From positions 9,223 to 73,222 of the forward strand of contig JAFZUW010000013.1 in the NCBI GenBank assembly GCA_017618195.1: 64,000 nt of DNA, written 5' to 3'. The stretch is from Lachnospiraceae bacterium. Its GTDB lineage: Bacteria > Bacillota > Clostridia > Lachnospirales > Lachnospiraceae. The notes beneath the pieces are model-generated. The model had not been told where the DNA came from and did not search any database. It was given only the letters and a program-made list of their open reading frames with translations. Shown piece by piece: positions 62,690-64,000 of this stretch (the first letter of the stretch is position 1; each line of letters begins with the position of its first letter). The position numbers and the translations under genes were made by a program.

Positions 62690-63158
62690 ATTGTTTTCCT
62701 TTGACTATCGTTATGATGATTAAGATCAGGTTTCCGACGAGAAGTCCCCCGACCGAACCGATCCAGAACCACATCGTAATCTTTACTTCATATGCCGTCA
62801 TCAGGACAAATGCGCAGAACATCGCCGAGATCAGCAGCTGATCGAATTCCAGCATGTATTTCATAAGCCGGTATACGATAAAACTGTTGTTGTCGGTAAT
62901 CTTGATCGGGATGTTCCACATTTTCGGATAATGTGAAATCACACACATCATGATCACCATCGCTGCGGCAAGTCCCAATATAACGAACAGCATCGTTTTG
63001 CTTCCGTTTCCGTCCGGTGTTCCGTCCGCGGCAAAATGAATTGCGATCTGATCCGGGATTTCACTCCAGCGGCTCAAAACAAGCACTGCGGAAACCACAC
63101 ACATAACGAAGGGGAGGATCAGCGCCGCCCAGTCGAAAGCATTGTTTTTGATTTTCAT
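62682..63158 (-). CDS. DUF1648-like membrane protein
   Basis: The N-terminal TM helix is followed by WSEIPDQIAIHFAADGTPDGNGSK, typical of DUF1648/SdpI-N-type domains. There are 4 TM helices in total. Confidence 0.6.
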   Translation of the reverse strand: MKIKNNAFDWAALILPFVMCVVSAVLVLSRWSEIPDQIAIHFAADGTPDGNGSKTMLFVILGLAAAMVIMMCVISHYPKMWNIPIKITDNNSFIVYRLMKYMLEFDQLLISAMFCAFVLMTAYEVKITMWFWIGSVGGLLVGNLILIIITIVKGKQYE

Positions 63159-63159
63159 G

Positions 63160-63396
63160 TTACTCGTCCTCTTTTCCGATGATGAAATATAAGATCGGTC
63201 CGATAAACTGCATTCCTACAATCGCAACCACGTTCCAAAGTGCGCGGGTGCCGTGCTTGTAGTTCTCATGCGTATTAATGTGCCAAAGCGTATATGCCAG
63301 AAGTCCCAGCTCAATGATAACAAGCGGGATCAGAAGCGGCAGAAAATCTTTAATCTTCTCAAGATCAGCGGTTGACATATTCATGTCTCCTTTCAT
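63160..63396 (-). CDS. Small PLDc_N-domain membrane protein (YxlE-like)
   Basis: Two TM helices with the C-terminal LWNVVAIVGMQFIGPILYFIIGK motif. The start could be Met6 (63381). Confidence 0.6.
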   Translation of the reverse strand: MKGDMNMSTADLEKIKDFLPLLIPLVIIELGLLAYTLWHINTHENYKHGTRALWNVVAIVGMQFIGPILYFIIGKEDE

Positions 63397-63425
63397 AAAT
63401 CCATAGTTCGATGTGTCTCATAAGG

Positions 63426-63620
63426 TTAAACGTCAAGATCCGGCGGTACGTCGATCTCCGTCCCGACATAAGCCCCGTTCTTCTTTCTCTGTCTCACACA
63501 TTCCGAAAGGAGATATTCTATCTGTCCGTTAACCGACCGGAAATCATCCTCCGCCCACGCCGCAATGGCATCGTACAATTTCTCAGACAGTCTGAGCGGA
63601 ACCTGTTTCTTCTCTGCCAT
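63426..63620 (-). CDS. Arc/MetJ-type ribbon-helix-helix DNA-binding protein
   Basis: The 64-aa sequence KKQVPLRLSEKLYDAIAAWAEDDFRSVNGQIEYLLSECV fits a beta-alpha-alpha RHH pattern. Confidence 0.6.
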   Translation of the reverse strand: MAEKKQVPLRLSEKLYDAIAAWAEDDFRSVNGQIEYLLSECVRQRKKNGAYVGTEIDVPPDLDV

Positions 63621-63711
63621 TGTCTTCTCCTTTCCGAAGGCTCTGAGCCTTCCATGGGTTCGGTATTATGCCGGGGACGTTTCCGCCCCCGGCCGTTTCA
63701 TTCTGAAATCT

Positions 63712-64000
63712 TTAGTAGAGGCTGCCGGAATTCACTACCGGCTGTGCGTCATGGTTGCCGCAGAGTACTACAAGAAGGTTGGAAACCATAGCGGCCTTCC
63801 GCTCTTCATCAAGCTGAACCATATTGGTTTCATTCAGGCGCTCAAGAGCCATCTCAACCATGCCTACCGCACCGTCCACGATCATCTTTCTCGCATCGAT
63901 GATTGCGGAAGCCTGCTGACGCTGAAGCATAGCGGCTGCAATCTCAGGTGCGTATGCAAGATACGTGATTCTTGCCTCAATGATCCGAAGACCCGCGATC
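63712..64000 (-). CDS. SPFH/Band-7 (stomatin-like) protein, C-terminal part (the N-terminus lies beyond the window)
   Basis: The reading frame is open to the window edge. It reads ...[52 protein letters not shown]. Confidence 0.7.
   Translation of the reverse strand, partial: IAGLRIIEARITYLAYAPEIAAAMLQRQQASAIIDARKMIVDGAVGMVEMALERLNETNMVQLDEERKAAMVSNLLVVLCGNHDAQPVVNSGSLY

Noticed and set aside
1-64000. A window-wide search for mobile elements, prophage genes, tRNA/rRNA genes, toxin-antitoxin pairs and classical defence systems.
   Set aside because: - No transposase, integrase, recombinase or phage structural motifs appear in any frame.
- I saw no tRNA-like T-arm (GGTTCGAATCC-type) sequences.
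- The RHH protein at 63426-63620 is followed by membrane and ABC genes, not a toxin.
- I have nothing to report beyond the two low-GC segments.

Overview
The window looks like a 64-kb chromosomal segment from a Gram-positive, Clostridia-like anaerobe. By eye it is roughly 55% GC, with two clearly lower-GC stretches. I support 62 protein-coding genes, 54 of them on the minus strand, arranged in tightly packed and often overlapping operons. I found no rRNA, tRNA, CRISPR array, transposase, integrase or phage genes.

The content is mostly housekeeping and accessory metabolism:
- Core genes: gpmI, glpK, asd, argF, truA, dusB, coaX, a nadD-yqeK fusion and htrA.
- A run of nucleoside and sugar-phosphate salvage or housecleaning enzymes: HAD and Cof phosphatases, two PNP/UDP-family phosphorylases, a PfkB kinase, NUDIX hydrolases, GNATs and a small alarmone synthetase.
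- Several ABC systems: MacB/FtsX type, an Opp/Dpp type with a permease-ATPase-ATPase fusion, an MsbA-like exporter and an ABC-2 type.
- Many lipobox lipoproteins.

The points most worth a second look are:
1. A complete T-box leader (candidate ACC/Thr specifier) that drives a 2H-phosphoesterase-GNAT fusion plus a SAM methyltransferase, not a tRNA synthetase, biosynthesis or transport gene.
2. A VTC - DUF4956 - CotH(+lamin-tail) three-gene module of unknown function.
3. A roughly 300-bp non-coding array of four TTACTAC-N26-GTAGTAA inverted heptamer pairs at about 85-bp phasing, between a CssRS-like two-component system and htrA.
4. A candidate c-di-GMP-I (GEMM-like) terminator riboswitch in front of a lipoprotein gene.
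5. A TlpA / polytopic 4Fe-4S membrane protein pair next to a secreted CPYC mini-protein.
6. An unusual density of domain fusions.

All family assignments come from motif recognition in the translated ORFs. No database search was run.
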